Shown in pieces: positions 21,625 to 34,284 of a stretch of DNA of 64,000 nt. Every line of letters begins with the position of its first letter. Position 1 is the first letter of the stretch. The stretch lies in the NCBI GenBank assembly GCA_030867685.1, contig JAQOWU010000003.1, forward strand, positions 186,001-250,000, written 5' to 3'. The stretch is from Wickerhamiella versatilis. Its lineage: Eukaryota. The notes below the pieces were generated by a model. The model ran no database searches, was not told where the DNA came from, and saw only the letters and a program-made list of their open reading frames with translations. A program made the position numbers and the translations under genes.

Positions 21625-22342
21625 TATATGAGCAGCAAGTGTTCACCAGTACACTGCTAGAAAAGATAACTTCTTAAAATTGTGATTCAATGTTTTCCAA
21701 AGTTGCCATGGTACTTGAAGGTTCTCAACATAGGAAGAGGATAACGTATGCAGAACTGGGAAAGTCTAGTAAAATAAAGCGTTTATTAACTCACTTAGAT
21801 TGTCGTCAACTTATAATTACAACGACATCGTTTTGCGTCAGAGTTATTGCGATCATCAACCATTTTATACAGGTACCAGTATAGTATCCTCAATCATTAT
21901 TATCATAACACGTATATCCGGGAGACAATAGTTTTAATTGGTCTACCTTCCTAAATCCAAATCATTTTTTAAGGAATGTTTTGGAATGCTATATTGTTAC
22001 CACAATGAGATCTTATCTCACTCGTGAATCGCTAGGAGGGACAGTGCAAGATAGCCTTAACGCCCCTTGAACTAGTGGCTGACGTGCATCCATGTGTCCC
22101 CTAATTTTGCAGCACAATTTCCTCAACTCTCTACTTTTTAGAATTGAGTGAGCTCAAACATCGTACGAAAAAGCCTTGTTGCTCCAATAATGAGAATTAA
22201 ACTGTGATTCAGTCCTTGACGAACTATCTTAGGCCTTCCTACCGTTATTACTAAATTATGATGTTTGTCATGATCCAGTGGCGATTCAAGCTTGTCTAAT
22301 AATTATAAATATTGGTAAGCAACACCTGATATTCTGATTATC

Positions 22343-23338
22343 ATGCAGAAAGTGGCGAGAATCGGGGATGATGAAGTTAATTTGCCCGGGCTAGGATTAA
22401 TGGGCCTTTCAGCGTTCTACGACAATTCAAGCTCTGATGATCCGCTCCTGGTAATCAAAAAAGCTTATGATATTGGCTGCCGATTCTGGGATACCGCCGA
22501 TGTGTATTCTCGTCCTTGCACACACGGAGATAATGAGAAATTGGTAGCTGCAGCAATGAAGAAATATGATATACCGCGGAAGGATCTATTTATCTGCACT
22601 AAGTTTGCGGGATCTTTCACTGAGACAGGAATGACTATCAACGGTTCTCCAGAGTACGCCAAACTAGCACTTGACAGGTCTCTGAGGAACCTAGAGTTGG
22701 ATTTCGTTGATCTTTACTACCTTCACCGCGTAGATCCAAATGTTCCTATTGAGGAATCGGCAAAAGCTCTCGAGGAGCTTCGCAAGGCTGGTAAGACGAG
22801 ATATATAGGTATTAGTGAGTGCACTGCTGATCAACTTCGTCGTGCATGCAAAGTCGCAAAAATCGATGCAGTTCAGCGTGAATACTCCCTATTCGACACC
22901 ACTGCTGAAGAAAGTGGGCTTTATGATGCATGCCAGGAACTTGGAGTTGCATTTGTCGCCTACTCACCATTATCTAGAGGATTCCTGTCAGGAACAATCA
23001 AGAGTCCCAATGACTTTTCAGAGAAGGATTTTCGTAGGTTCTTGCCTCGATTCAGTCCGGAAAATTTCGGTTGTAACCTACATCTTGTCAATAAGATCAC
23101 AGAAATTGCAAAGATTAAAGGAATTATGCCAGCTCAACTGGCGCTCGCTTGGACAATCCACAAAGGAACGTTACCGATACCTGGAACGACCAAAATAAAA
23201 CGCCTTGAAGAGAATTTCGGAGCAGGCCGGGTTAATATTAGTGAAGAAGAACTGAATGCGATCACTGACATTCTTAACCAATTTACTATCCATGGTGATC
23301 GCTATCCAGATGCTGCAATGTCGGGCGTTGACCGCTAG
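22343..23338 (+). CDS. Aldo-keto reductase (YakC/AKR13-like)
   Basis: GLGLMGLSAFY, WDTADVY, TKF, DLYYLHRVDP, IGISE, AYSPLSRG, PIPGTTK..RLEEN. Confidence 0.9.
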   Translation: MQKVARIGDDEVNLPGLGLMGLSAFYDNSSSDDPLLVIKKAYDIGCRFWDTADVYSRPCTHGDNEKLVAAAMKKYDIPRKDLFICTKFAGSFTETGMTINGSPEYAKLALDRSLRNLELDFVDLYYLHRVDPNVPIEESAKALEELRKAGKTRYIGISECTADQLRRACKVAKIDAVQREYSLFDTTAEESGLYDACQELGVAFVAYSPLSRGFLSGTIKSPNDFSEKDFRRFLPRFSPENFGCNLHLVNKITEIAKIKGIMPAQLALAWTIHKGTLPIPGTTKIKRLEENFGAGRVNISEEELNAITDILNQFTIHGDRYPDAAMSGVDR

Positions 23339-24193
23339 ATGTATAGGTTTATTAGACTATATAACTCCAGTTAATCTGAAAGAGTAAGTGTAGTTGGCAC
23401 AGAATGTTTTGTGCAGTTCGCCTAAACACCCTAATTCTCGACAATTATAGTGATGTCCGAGGTTGATTCGTCGTAGCATTCTATTCTGCCAGCCTATGAA
23501 CTTGTTTTGAGCGTTAAAGCTTGATACCAATGCTGCCCTCATGGTTATGGTTGTAGATCAAGGAAATAGCCAACTAGATCCATTATACTGTGGATGACAG
23601 CTGGTTTAACAGACAGTTCTCAAATAAATGCTAAATCAAAAAATAGATTTCTCAGGTTTTCAGGACTTTACAGTACTATATGATATTATAAATTGCATTT
23701 GGGCCAAATATTTTGGAACTTTTTTGGCAAAAACCAAGATAATCTAAAGGGAAAGCATTGAAGTTTTCAATGAGATTCTTCTACTACTACTGGATATCTA
23801 ATCGCGAATCTGTAATGTTTTCCAGTCTTTTTCACTATACCCTAGCTTTCTATAACTAAGAAAAGTGGGGCATCATGCCTTGAGGTTTGGTTTTACAACC
23901 GGTCAGTTTATGCATTTTTAAAACCGTTGATTCCCAGACCACGTGACTGGATTAGTGTCCCGTCAAGAAACGAATACTCTTTGAGTTCTTAACTTCAATA
24001 AATTGCACCGAAATAATGAAGGACAATTAAAGCTAGATATCAATATCGCTGTAAAATTAGTGTCTAATGGCTTGAGAAAGAACCTTTGGAATGACTATCA
24101 GCTTGAAGGGAGTTGATGAATAGCCCAAAAAAAGAAATACTACGCCCTAGCATATTGCTCGCTAGGTGAATGGACAGATTCAGCTGAGACTAG

Positions 24194-25462
24194 CTATTTC
24201 GCTAATTCCAGGATGCTCTTTTCCAAAATATCCACAGGATCCAATGCATCTGACTCCTTCTTCATTCTCAGGGCGTGTTGTTTAAACGAGGGGTTACTGT
24301 GGATCTCACGTACAGCATCACGGATTTGATTCTGTGAAGGAGTAGCGGAATTTAAATCTATAGCAATTCCTGCTGCTTTCGCCCGTACGGCAACAAAAGG
24401 CTTATCCTCAGATTCTCCACCGATTATGACAGGTACCCCGTTGACAATACAGTGCTGTACACCACCATAACCTCCATTAAAGACGAAAGACTCACAATAA
24501 GGCAGTATTCTATCGTAAGAAAAGTAGTCGATCACACGACAGTTGCCAGGCAATTCAATGTCAAGACTAGCACCATGCTTACCAAGAATAGCCACAGTCA
24601 AAACATCCTCATCCTTTAATGCCATAATAGTAGGAATCAATAGTTGTTCATAGTGGCGTGAGTAAGTCCCCTGGGAAACGCCAATAACACGCTTCCCAGC
24701 AAGCTCTGGCCACCAATCAGGGAGCCTTTCTGAAGACTGTGGGTGTCTCAATGAGCCAGCGTACACAAACTGCTCAGGGAGATCAACACGTGGAAACTCG
24801 AGTGATGGAGGACATAATTGTAGAACCTTATCGGCAGCTAAATATGCGTGCTCCATCAAAAAGCTGTCAGTTCTCTTATACCCCATTCTTTCGTACATGG
24901 CACGATAGTTCTCAATTGCCGTCTTAAACACGACATTCTCAACATAATGATACATCGCGATTTTTCGCTGATGTGCTTCTTCGCTTTGATCAAGGTCGAG
25001 GCCGCGGGTTTTCCAGCTCCTTAGATAGAGCGGCATGGTACCCAGGGCAATCCACGGAACTTTCTTGTCAGGACCAGTCTCAGCACTAAGAAAGTGCGCC
25101 CCAAAGAACAAAATCTCACTTATTACAACAGAGTTTGGCCGTAAACTCTTCTTGATTGCCTCAAGTTGTATAGGCATGGCATCCACGTATTCGTTTCCGA
25201 GGTCAAGCACCGGACGATCTGATTCGCCACTCTTCAGCTGTCTCGCCTGCTCAGCTGCCGTGCTGTCATCAAAATCAGCGACGCCAGAGAGCGGTTGGAA
25301 TTCGGCTCCGATTTCTTCCACCTTTAAACGTGCACTTGAGGACGATACGACTGTAACATCAAATCCTCTCTGGAGTAGCCCTTTACATAGGCCTAGCACC
25401 GGTCTTAAGTGGCCTGACAAACCACAGCTACAAGCTATAACGTGTGGCTTCTCCGTAGACAT
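24194..25462 (-). CDS. GT1 UDP-glucosyltransferase closely resembling sophorolipid glucosyltransferase UgtB1
   Basis: EKP.VIAC.C.LSGH..PVL.L..GLL.RG..VT, LQLCPPSLEF, LPDWWP, SQGT, LLIP, ILG..GASL, DYF.YD.ILP, NGGYGG.QH, GVPVIIGG..EDKP; ATG at 25462. Confidence 0.85.
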   Translation of the reverse strand: MSTEKPHVIACSCGLSGHLRPVLGLCKGLLQRGFDVTVVSSSSARLKVEEIGAEFQPLSGVADFDDSTAAEQARQLKSGESDRPVLDLGNEYVDAMPIQLEAIKKSLRPNSVVISEILFFGAHFLSAETGPDKKVPWIALGTMPLYLRSWKTRGLDLDQSEEAHQRKIAMYHYVENVVFKTAIENYRAMYERMGYKRTDSFLMEHAYLAADKVLQLCPPSLEFPRVDLPEQFVYAGSLRHPQSSERLPDWWPELAGKRVIGVSQGTYSRHYEQLLIPTIMALKDEDVLTVAILGKHGASLDIELPGNCRVIDYFSYDRILPYCESFVFNGGYGGVQHCIVNGVPVIIGGESEDKPFVAVRAKAAGIAIDLNSATPSQNQIRDAVREIHSNPSFKQHALRMKKESDALDPVDILEKSILELAK

Positions 25463-25840
25463 GATACACAATTAGTCAATCTTGTCACTACTTTTACTAA
25501 ATGGGATGAGTCCTGCTACCGGCTCATACGAGGGTTATTGCGAATGCAATGCTTATATAACAAAGGCTAGTGATCGTCCTAGAGTCACACAAATTTTTCG
25601 GACTTTGTGCTCTGAAATTTGTCGAATATTCATTTGAAAGATAACGACCATGGAAAATAGAACTTAAAATGGTGCGTCCGCTGAGATACTAGTGGGCTAT
25701 CTTGCCCTGCTACTGCAGGCTATTTGATATGAAGCAGCCCTATTGGGCGTTAAAATGGAATAAAATAAAAACCAACTTACAAGAACACTATCTCACGGCT
25801 GTAGACTGAATGTCCAGGCATAATGATGCGCAACGTTTTC

Positions 25841-25864
25841 ACTACTACTACTACTACTACTACT
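25841..25864 (+). repeat. (ACT)8 microsatellite
   Basis: actactactactactactactact. Confidence 0.9.
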
Positions 25865-26292
25865 CAATATACTAAGCTTTTCACACAAGCATGAACCATT
25901 ATACAACGAACAGTGTGATCCAAGAATTCCAATAAAAAATTAAATGCCTGTGAAAGCTCATTTATCCATATTCAGCGGCCAGCCACAACAGCAAATTACA
26001 ATTTACTGTAGATCATGGATTACTAACAATCAATGCATAACAATACTTGTTAGTAGCTTATATATAGTGATCTGCGCTCAAAACTGAGACCCTAAACAAC
26101 ATATTTCGATATGCCGAGCATTTACAAAAACAATAGTAAAATCATGTGACTTGTAACCTCGACTATTAGCGCCACTTCATCGTACACCTACTCCTTAACT
26201 TGTTGTTCAAATCATCGCCGTTATGTGAGCCAACCTAATTTTCAGCGACAATAGGCCTGCATATTTATTACGTATGATATATAGTATACATT

Positions 26293-27780
26293 CTAGTGTT
26301 CAAGTATACTAAGAGAGCCCGTAATGACTACATTTTCCAGAACAGAGCCGTTAGGAATCTGGATCTTCTTTCCTTCCTCGCAGACAATAATAACGGTACC
26401 CTTCAATTCGACATCACGTCCTATAAAGACGTTACCGGTTATTGTTAGATGATCCAGCTCCAATATCTTAGGCATATGTGGGATATGCTTCTGGAAGTCG
26501 GATACCTTCTTGAAATGACTGCCTAGCTTGATGAGCGGAGCACCGCCGAACCTACCCTTATCCATCTGGAGTGAGCCGTGAACGAGGGAGTAAAGGTCAG
26601 ACTTCACCAGGAGCAGGTCAGAGCAAGTTTTGACAGGAAGGAAACGAGAACGCGGCACATTTACTCCACGAGCGCCCTTGAAGTATCGAATCGACGCACC
26701 AATAGCCGTCTCCAACTGGAGCACATTCTGTTCGACCTTGCCCATCTTGATGGCCTTAGGGTTAGGAATAATTTCCATCTTGAGCGCGTCTTCATCAACC
26801 AAACGCTTCATTGCCTTAAGGTTAACCCAAATATTGTTTGTATTGAAGTACTTGAACTTCTTAATGCTCTTGAACTCCTCAACGTGCTCCTTAGGGACCT
26901 GAGCAAGTTCAAGGAGCTGCACACGGCCATTATAGTTGATAAGGGTACCTCCCTTAACATCTGCACGTGTTTTGTCGGTAAGCTCCATGATATACTCTGA
27001 ACCTGTTTCCAACATATAGTTAAGTATGTTAAAATCCACCGTTGCGCCAAGGTTGTCACCATTTGAAACAAAGAGGATCTCCTTACCTTGACTGAGGAGG
27101 GTGTCTAAAACGCCAGTGCGGGCAATGGCCTCAAAGAGGTCACCATGCCCGGGGGGATACCACGCATTTCCCTCGTCATCATACGACTCCGGAACGGGTA
27201 GCAGAGTATCTTTGTTGATCCGGGGATAACGCGACTGGTTGAACATCTTAATATCGATGTTATTACCATTGTACTTCTCAATGATGGTATCAGTGTCTTC
27301 ATCTGTGTTAAAGGAGTTCATCAACACGAATGGAACGTTAGCACCGTATGTGCGGTTAAGGTATTCAATTTGGCGGACCATGAGGTCCAAGAAGCTCTTG
27401 CCATCACGGACCTCGATAACAGATTTTGGACCAACACAGCCCATTGAGGTACCGAGACCGCCATTCAGCTTCAGTACAGCAAGCTTGTCCAGATTTGCTC
27501 CGCTTGCCTGGTTCACGATGTTACCATACTGCACAACCTCATCAGGAGACGGGGTCTGTACTGCATCCCATTCTAGAGGCTCATTACGCACAGTTCCAAC
27601 AAGGTAACGCTGGTAAAGATCAAAGAAACCGTCCATTTCCTGTTCAAAATTGTCTTTTTTATCCGCAGGAGCTGAATCAACCAATTTATTAAGTACATTT
27701 CTCATTTGAGCTGCTGCCGCGCTTGTGGACGCGCGATCAAGCGCGATAGAGCTGCCCTTGCGAACATGTGGCCCGGTCAT
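26293..27780 (-). CDS. UGP1: UTP-glucose-1-phosphate uridylyltransferase
   Basis: [59 protein letters not shown]...GSL.ILEH. Confidence 0.96.
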   Translation of the reverse strand: MTGPHVRKGSSIALDRASTSAAAAQMRNVLNKLVDSAPADKKDNFEQEMDGFFDLYQRYLVGTVRNEPLEWDAVQTPSPDEVVQYGNIVNQASGANLDKLAVLKLNGGLGTSMGCVGPKSVIEVRDGKSFLDLMVRQIEYLNRTYGANVPFVLMNSFNTDEDTDTIIEKYNGNNIDIKMFNQSRYPRINKDTLLPVPESYDDEGNAWYPPGHGDLFEAIARTGVLDTLLSQGKEILFVSNGDNLGATVDFNILNYMLETGSEYIMELTDKTRADVKGGTLINYNGRVQLLELAQVPKEHVEEFKSIKKFKYFNTNNIWVNLKAMKRLVDEDALKMEIIPNPKAIKMGKVEQNVLQLETAIGASIRYFKGARGVNVPRSRFLPVKTCSDLLLVKSDLYSLVHGSLQMDKGRFGGAPLIKLGSHFKKVSDFQKHIPHMPKILELDHLTITGNVFIGRDVELKGTVIIVCEEGKKIQIPNGSVLENVVITGSLSILEH

Positions 27781-29402
27781 TTACACGTAGTCCAACTTAG
27801 GAAGTTGATTAGTAATCGGAATTTCAAAGGAAGTGAATCAGGTTTAGGTCTAATTGATCTACAAAGAACTCCGGGAGGCGGTAGTAAGATGACAGGGCTC
27901 TACATTGATATTTTTGATCTTTGACATATATACGTTAAAAAACAGCTCTTGGCAGCTAGCAGGTTTCAGATTCTGGTACTCCTTTAATATCTATGTTAAG
28001 CCTCATGTTGTGAACCAACTGAGTTTGCTGAGATGTCACAACTATCACTCAATTATTAGGGACCGGAGACTTCCCGGTGAAGCATATCACTGGATACTAA
28101 AAAAAGGCTTTAACAAATAATGTGCTAAATAAAAAAAAGCTGACACATTTGACTGATTTATTATAGAAACCGAGGTCTGTTTCAAGGCCCAAAGCTAATT
28201 TATATGACATGTGCTAGTAACATACGCGCTAGCCCTAGCATTTGGTGGAAGGAAATATGCACATAGGGTTATAACCCTTACCTACTTCACTAGCATTACC
28301 TAGTCGACATGCCAAAGCCCGAATGGATCCCGTCTAACGGGCTCAGAGTATTCATCTAGATCAAATCGCAAAGATGAGCAGCCCCAATTTAGCACGAAAG
28401 TCCGAGGAACCAAAGCGATTAAGGGGTTATGCTGAAAAATGAATGAGCCACGATTTTGTCATCAGAGCATGCCTTCCACGTGGCATGATGACTTATAATT
28501 TCAATATGACTTTCTAGCTTTCATATAAAGTGCTCAAGTTAAAGCTGCTGGTTGACACCATTTTCACATGACTTCTTTAAACTGTCACTAGTAATGTAGG
28601 GGGCATAATACGACTGGAAATACCCTTAATGAATAGTAATAAGATAACACTGAACGATCTATTCGTAGGACAATCACCTATACACTTGAACAAGACGCTC
28701 TAACTTACCATAATTTTAGCACTTGACGCAAATTTTTTCATGCATATTCATTTTTTCTGATTCCCTTACTTCTCTAGATTGATGGTATCGAAAGAAACCC
28801 GTCTCACGTCGTGATGCTTTCAAAACCACTAATGCTTAGAATACGGATTACCAAGCGAACACTATGCAGGCTAATGGTAGATATTTTGAGATTAGACAGT
28901 CTGGAGAAGAAGTAGATGACGTAGGTCTCAATGTGGTGACAACAAATAGAAGAAATTTCGCGCAATTACAAAAAACACCAAAGAGGTGAAGTGAGCTATC
29001 TTGCATTGGCAGAACACCAAAAAAGTGAAGGGGTTAACCTAACATTGCGTTGCGGATCGAACATTCCGATTGAGGAATGAGTGATCAACATAGTAGATCG
29101 TGGTATTATTATTGGTTAGGTAAACAAAGCCTAACTTTCAAGGGGGGTGGTGAAGCGTGGATAGGTCTGAATTCTTGGAAATATTGATTGCTGACGATAC
29201 TTGCTAGTAGAGTAAATAAAAGTCTATCAAAAAATAAACTGATAACCTTTGTGAGGCTCGCGTCGTCGACTATCTTGGGAGATATGCGCAAATTACGTAA
29301 GATACTTACCCTGCAGCGTGATGTCTACCGGCTTCTCGTTACATTATACGCGACTTTAGGCAACCAGTGAATTTGGCCATTCGTGAATAACCATCAACTA
29401 CA

Positions 29403-31859
29403 ATGGTTAAGCTCTCAAGTTCTTTTGTACTCTCCTTTATGGTATCTCGGGCTGTTGGTGATACAATCATTACCGTAAGCCCGACATTTTTTGCTGATGG
29501 TGGTGGTCCAAGCGAATCTGCACAAACTGCGGACATTGACGAGTCTATAACACAGTCTATTCCCATTCCCACATCACTAGCTCATGAAACGGGCACGGCA
29601 TCGGAAACGGCGGCACCGTCTGCCGTTAACAGTGTAGTGAAAATAAAGAACCCGAACGTGCTAGCTCAAGGTGCTCTCAAAGTAATGAATCTCACTGAGA
29701 AGGCATCCATTGTAACCGGATCTGGTCTATTCACTGAAAATGGCTGTTCCGGGGAGGTCGCTGCACTAGCAAACCATCCGGAAATTTTTAACGGCTTGTG
29801 TATACGCGACGGGACTAGTGGAGTTAGAGATTTGGCCAATGTCACCGGATTTTGCAGTGAGTCTACTCTAGGCGCAACTTGGGATAAGGACTTGGTGGGC
29901 CGGGTTTATGAAGCCATGGCGGATGAGTTTAAGGGTAAAGGCAGTCATGTTATGAATGGACCGGTGGCAGGAGGACCCCTCGGAAGATCCCCATATTCTG
30001 GACGAAGCTTTGAGAATTTTGGCAGTGATCCAGTGCTAGCCGGAGACTTGACATATGCCGCCGTCCAGGCGATTCAATCTCGGGGTGTGCAGGCCGTAGT
30101 CAAACATTTCATCGGTAATGAGCAGGAAACATTTCGAAATCCTTTTGCTTTCGGTCCTTTGGGACTCGCCTATCCTCCAGCATTCTCTGCGTGGGCTCCA
30201 TTGGCATTACAACAAGAACCTTACAATAGCATTATTTCCGACCGAGCACTCCACGAGGTTTACGCTTGGGGATTTGCCGAAGCTGTGAGGGCAGGAACCT
30301 CTGGTGTGATGTGTAGTTATAATCAGGTAAATGGTACACAATCCTGTCAGAATGATGCCACATTAAATAAAGTTCTGAAAGACGAGCTGGGCTTTCAGGG
30401 CTATGTGGTCTCTGATTGGGGTGCGCTGTACAGCACGGCACAGTCTATTAATGCTGGATTGGATTTAGACATGCCCGGTGGGGAATATAGCTTTCGAAAT
30501 GGCAACCTGTTTGGTAATACACTTGTTGAGATGGTGCAAAATGGACAGGTTTCTGAATCCAGATTGGATGACGCAGTGCTTCGCATCCTCACACCATATT
30601 TCAACCTTAACCAGAAGTCCATATCTCAATCCGGCCAAGATGTTCGCTCCAATCACTATGAAATAGTACGAGAGGCTGCAGAAGGTGCCATTACTCTGCT
30701 GAAAAACAATAGAGGCGATATCACGGAGAGAAACAGCTCTTCTCAAAGAGGTGGGCTACCACTAAATGGGCATAAAATCGGCGTCTTCGGTAGCGATGCA
30801 GGAATATCGCAATATGGACCTAATTGTCCTGGATCTTATGCTATATGTCCTGACTCTGCAACCAACAACGGCACGGTGTGGATTGGTGGAGGATCAGGCA
30901 CAGTTCAGGCCGAGAGCATCGTGACACCTTTGGATGCGATACGCAGCCGCATCCATTCTCCAGATGCTTTGGCTTACAATAACACTGACTATAGCTATAG
31001 AGACGACCCGTCCTATTTCTATGAATTGTTGTCTGACCTGGATACCGCAATCGTATTTGTGTCTATCAGAGCTGCAGAGGGATCTGACAGGACAACATTG
31101 CATCTCGACAATGGTGGTGATGAATTAATCAAACATGTTGCATCTGGATGTCGAAACACAATTGTGGTCATGCATGTGACCAACCCACCCATAGTCTCTG
31201 ACTGGATTGATCATCCAAATGTGACGGCGGTTCTGAATGCTTATGCACCAGGTGAAGAGACCGGTAGCGCACTTGCGTCCATCCTCTTTGGTGATGTTAG
31301 CCCTTCAGGGAAGCTGCCTTGGACAATCGCTAAAAGTGAGGATGACTATATCAAACCAATGTCGACTGTAACTAAGACTCCAACAGTTGAATTTTCGGAC
31401 GACCTATTTGTGGACTATAGGCGTTTTGATAGGGATAATATCCAACCACAATTCCCTTTTGGATTCGGTCTTAGCTATACGAATTTTTCATACGATGCCA
31501 TGTCTTTAGAAGGAAACGGATGGAACCTTTGGTTTTCACAAACGGATGATAAACCTATAACAGTAAAGGTTTCGGTTAGGAATACAGGAAGTGTGATTGG
31601 TAGTGAAGTGGTTCAATTATATTTGCAGTACCCAGATGAACTTGGTGAGCCACCTAAGGTTTTGAGAGGGTTTGAAAAAGTTAAGAACATTCATCCTGGC
31701 CAGCAGAAAACTGTTGAAATACCACTCTCAAAGAAATCTTTTATGACGTGGGATGTCACTTCTCAAGACTGGGAACTTGCCAAAGGCACTTATACAATCC
31801 ATGCTGCGGCCAGTTCACGGGACATGAAACTCAATCAAACCATTAATATTGGTCTGTAA
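29403..31859 (+). CDS. Secreted GH3 beta-glucosidase with Ser/Thr-rich N-terminal linker and Fn3-like C-terminus
   Basis: Signal peptide; GPLGRSP..GR.FENF, KHFIGNEQE, MCSYNQVNG, GFQGYVVSDW (nucleophile Asp), PSGKLPWT, FGFGLSYT, LRGFEKV. Confidence 0.92.
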   Translation: MVKLSSSFVLSFMVSRAVGDTIITVSPTFFADGGGPSESAQTADIDESITQSIPIPTSLAHETGTASETAAPSAVNSVVKIKNPNVLAQGALKVMNLTEKASIVTGSGLFTENGCSGEVAALANHPEIFNGLCIRDGTSGVRDLANVTGFCSESTLGATWDKDLVGRVYEAMADEFKGKGSHVMNGPVAGGPLGRSPYSGRSFENFGSDPVLAGDLTYAAVQAIQSRGVQAVVKHFIGNEQETFRNPFAFGPLGLAYPPAFSAWAPLALQQEPYNSIISDRALHEVYAWGFAEAVRAGTSGVMCSYNQVNGTQSCQNDATLNKVLKDELGFQGYVVSDWGALYSTAQSINAGLDLDMPGGEYSFRNGNLFGNTLVEMVQNGQVSESRLDDAVLRILTPYFNLNQKSISQSGQDVRSNHYEIVREAAEGAITLLKNNRGDITERNSSSQRGGLPLNGHKIGVFGSDAGISQYGPNCPGSYAICPDSATNNGTVWIGGGSGTVQAESIVTPLDAIRSRIHSPDALAYNNTDYSYRDDPSYFYELLSDLDTAIVFVSIRAAEGSDRTTLHLDNGGDELIKHVASGCRNTIVVMHVTNPPIVSDWIDHPNVTAVLNAYAPGEETGSALASILFGDVSPSGKLPWTIAKSEDDYIKPMSTVTKTPTVEFSDDLFVDYRRFDRDNIQPQFPFGFGLSYTNFSYDAMSLEGNGWNLWFSQTDDKPITVKVSVRNTGSVIGSEVVQLYLQYPDELGEPPKVLRGFEKVKNIHPGQQKTVEIPLSKKSFMTWDVTSQDWELAKGTYTIHAAASSRDMKLNQTINIGL

Positions 31860-32294
31860 TTGGAATGGGATGTGCATCGGTAATCTAGAAGATTACAATT
31901 AACTAAATGACTTATGCGTCGTAGTTGTTTTTGCTAATTATAGGCTACTGAAAGACTTTCGTCAATCATCTGAAATCGTGTAAAAGTAAAAAGTTGAATA
32001 GCTTCTGAATGTATCATTTTTGAACCAAACCAAGGAATATATATTGCTCACAAAATTCTACATACGATGAAATGATTGATCGAGAGCAAGAAATGAACCC
32101 AGCCAACTAGGCGTTCTTTCCCTGAAACATTATTAACTAATTAGTTTTTCTTTCATCTTATAAACTATGAATACCCAATATTCAGCGATACAAAGTATAT
32201 TACTACAGTAGTATCACACCTAGTTATTAACCCAGAATTGCGACAGTCAAAATAATATGGCATTGAGACAACAGGAGACACGTCTTTGAATAAT

Positions 32295-33950
32295 TTAGTA
32301 CTGATGCCGTAAGGCTGCCTGTTCACTGATATACTGATTGGTGTCCTGTATTTCGTTGTCCAACGAATCCTGACCATCTTTCTCAGCAGTAGATGGGTAG
32401 TGATGGCGTATGCGTTTATATACTTCGCTCTTAGGACAATCACCACTCATAATGCATCGAGCTATTACCTTTCCCGTCTTCTTGCCCTCTGACCATGCCC
32501 CTTGAATAAAACCAAGAGATTCACGACTATAGGCTTCGCCCGTGAAAAGTAATTTCCCATCCTCTACAGGCTGCCTCAAGTTCCAATGATGCTGATCGCT
32601 ATAACCAATAGGCCAATTTGAATAGGACCCGCGAAACAGAGGGTCGTGATCCCATAAAGGCACAGTCATATCTAGTGGTTCAGGCACATCATTGCCGTAA
32701 ATTTCTTTCAATTTGTACAGAATTTCAGCCTTGATATCTTCCTTTTTCATATAACTAACGCGACGTGCCTCGTCCTCGGTCTGGGTCACAAAGAAAATAT
32801 ACCCAAGTTCACTTCCATTGAAATATCCAGGCGCGTTAAGGTTTTTCCATAGTGGATACCGTCCTCTCACATCTGGATCCGCATATCCAATGTGTTTTTC
32901 ATCTCCCCAGAATTGCCGATCAAACAAGAGGTGAATCTTTTGATAGTAGGTCATATAGAAGGAATTGATGGCCTCTCGTTTCCAATGAGGTAGATCGGGA
33001 GTCCATTTCAGATATTCGTCTTGTAGCACCCCGATACTTACTGTTGAAACAACGTGCTTTCGAGCAACAAACTTCTCGTCCTTGTCAGTAGTAACCACCG
33101 TCTCATTACCAGTATAGTCAACATTTCTTATTATGGTATTCAAACGAAGCCGCCTATCATCTAGCGTGCCATTCAATTTCTCCTTCAGCTCGTTCTCAAA
33201 AATGGACTTATATCCTCTTTGATCAACAACAAGACGTTCCGGTGAATTCTCTTGGAATGGCTTGTACTGGCTACTGGAGAAAGTATGCAGTAAACTGCAA
33301 GTCTTCGGAGATTCTGCCAGCATGTAATCCACTTCGATCCATTCTAGGAGTTTTTCAACCGGTGTTCTCGGTAGCCAGTTTATCATGCGTAGACCAGCTC
33401 GCAGTGTCATATCCACAAGATTATGCTTTTTACGATACTGAATGTAGTCGTACACACGTTGTAATGCATTTTGAAGTTTGTTGGATTCATTATGTGGTTC
33501 AATAAAATTTCCTCGAGGCCTCCCTGTTTCGGCGTGATTTATTCCCCATTTTCCTTCGAAAAGTTTAATATCCTCATATACTGGACCTTCCAACACCGTT
33601 TGAAGGTTCCATTTATTTGCCAAAGCGATGATCTCATCTTTGTTCTGGCCCTCGATCCAGTTCGCTCCCTTTTCTATGTAGGTAGTAAAATTGGTTTCAG
33701 GGTTTGTCAGGCCATCGGTTTGGGCCCTCCCACCAACCTCATGGCGACCCTCTAGGATTATAAAATCGTCGATGCCTTCAGCTAGTAGTGATAATGCCGT
33801 AGAAATGCCAGAGACTCCAGCTCCAATTATAATTACGTCGGCAGTACCAGCGAGCCCACTATCTGGAGATTCAAAGCTATGCGGTAGCCCTGAAACTGAA
33901 AGTATCAAGCTAGCACTAACCAGTAAAGCAGCACTAATTGATCGAATCAT
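32295..33950 (-). CDS. Secreted flavin amine oxidase (polyamine oxidase family)
   Basis: Signal peptide MIRSISAALLVSASLILSVSG; IIGAGVSGI..A, LEGR..VGGR, EKGANWIEG, VVDQRGY, W..DPLFRGSYSNWP, FTGEA, GFIQGAW. Confidence 0.85.
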   Translation of the reverse strand: MIRSISAALLVSASLILSVSGLPHSFESPDSGLAGTADVIIIGAGVSGISTALSLLAEGIDDFIILEGRHEVGGRAQTDGLTNPETNFTTYIEKGANWIEGQNKDEIIALANKWNLQTVLEGPVYEDIKLFEGKWGINHAETGRPRGNFIEPHNESNKLQNALQRVYDYIQYRKKHNLVDMTLRAGLRMINWLPRTPVEKLLEWIEVDYMLAESPKTCSLLHTFSSSQYKPFQENSPERLVVDQRGYKSIFENELKEKLNGTLDDRRLRLNTIIRNVDYTGNETVVTTDKDEKFVARKHVVSTVSIGVLQDEYLKWTPDLPHWKREAINSFYMTYYQKIHLLFDRQFWGDEKHIGYADPDVRGRYPLWKNLNAPGYFNGSELGYIFFVTQTEDEARRVSYMKKEDIKAEILYKLKEIYGNDVPEPLDMTVPLWDHDPLFRGSYSNWPIGYSDQHHWNLRQPVEDGKLLFTGEAYSRESLGFIQGAWSEGKKTGKVIARCIMSGDCPKSEVYKRIRHHYPSTAEKDGQDSLDNEIQDTNQYISEQAALRHQY

Positions 33951-34284
33951 CTGGGGGGGAGGAGTCAATGGGAGCTTATCTTGAATGACTAAACTTCGTA
34001 TTGATTCCTAACCACATATATCTGCGCTATAATATGGCATTCGAAATGCTGAATCAGAACTTTTGAGAGAGCTAGAATTTTGCTGATGACTTCGAGCGCA
34101 AATACTAGGTTGTTGACGCGTAATGAAACTCATGTATTCGTGTAAATATTACTCTATACACAATAGTTTTTGTCTAATCTTAGTAGCCATCTAGTCGTAT
34201 CTTCTCGCAGCAAACTCAGCAAACTCAATTCTTTGCTCAATAATAAAGGCCCTATTTGAAAAAGGTTATTCTATAAGTTACGAA

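Noticed and set aside
20953-25462. Complete sophorolipid biosynthetic cluster
   Set aside because: No CYP52, second UGT or ABC transporter in the window
27781-29402. ncRNA, CRISPR array or LTR in the long UGP1-GH3 gap
   Set aside because: Only isolated short palindromes; no repeat-spacer periodicity, tRNA boxes or terminal repeats seen
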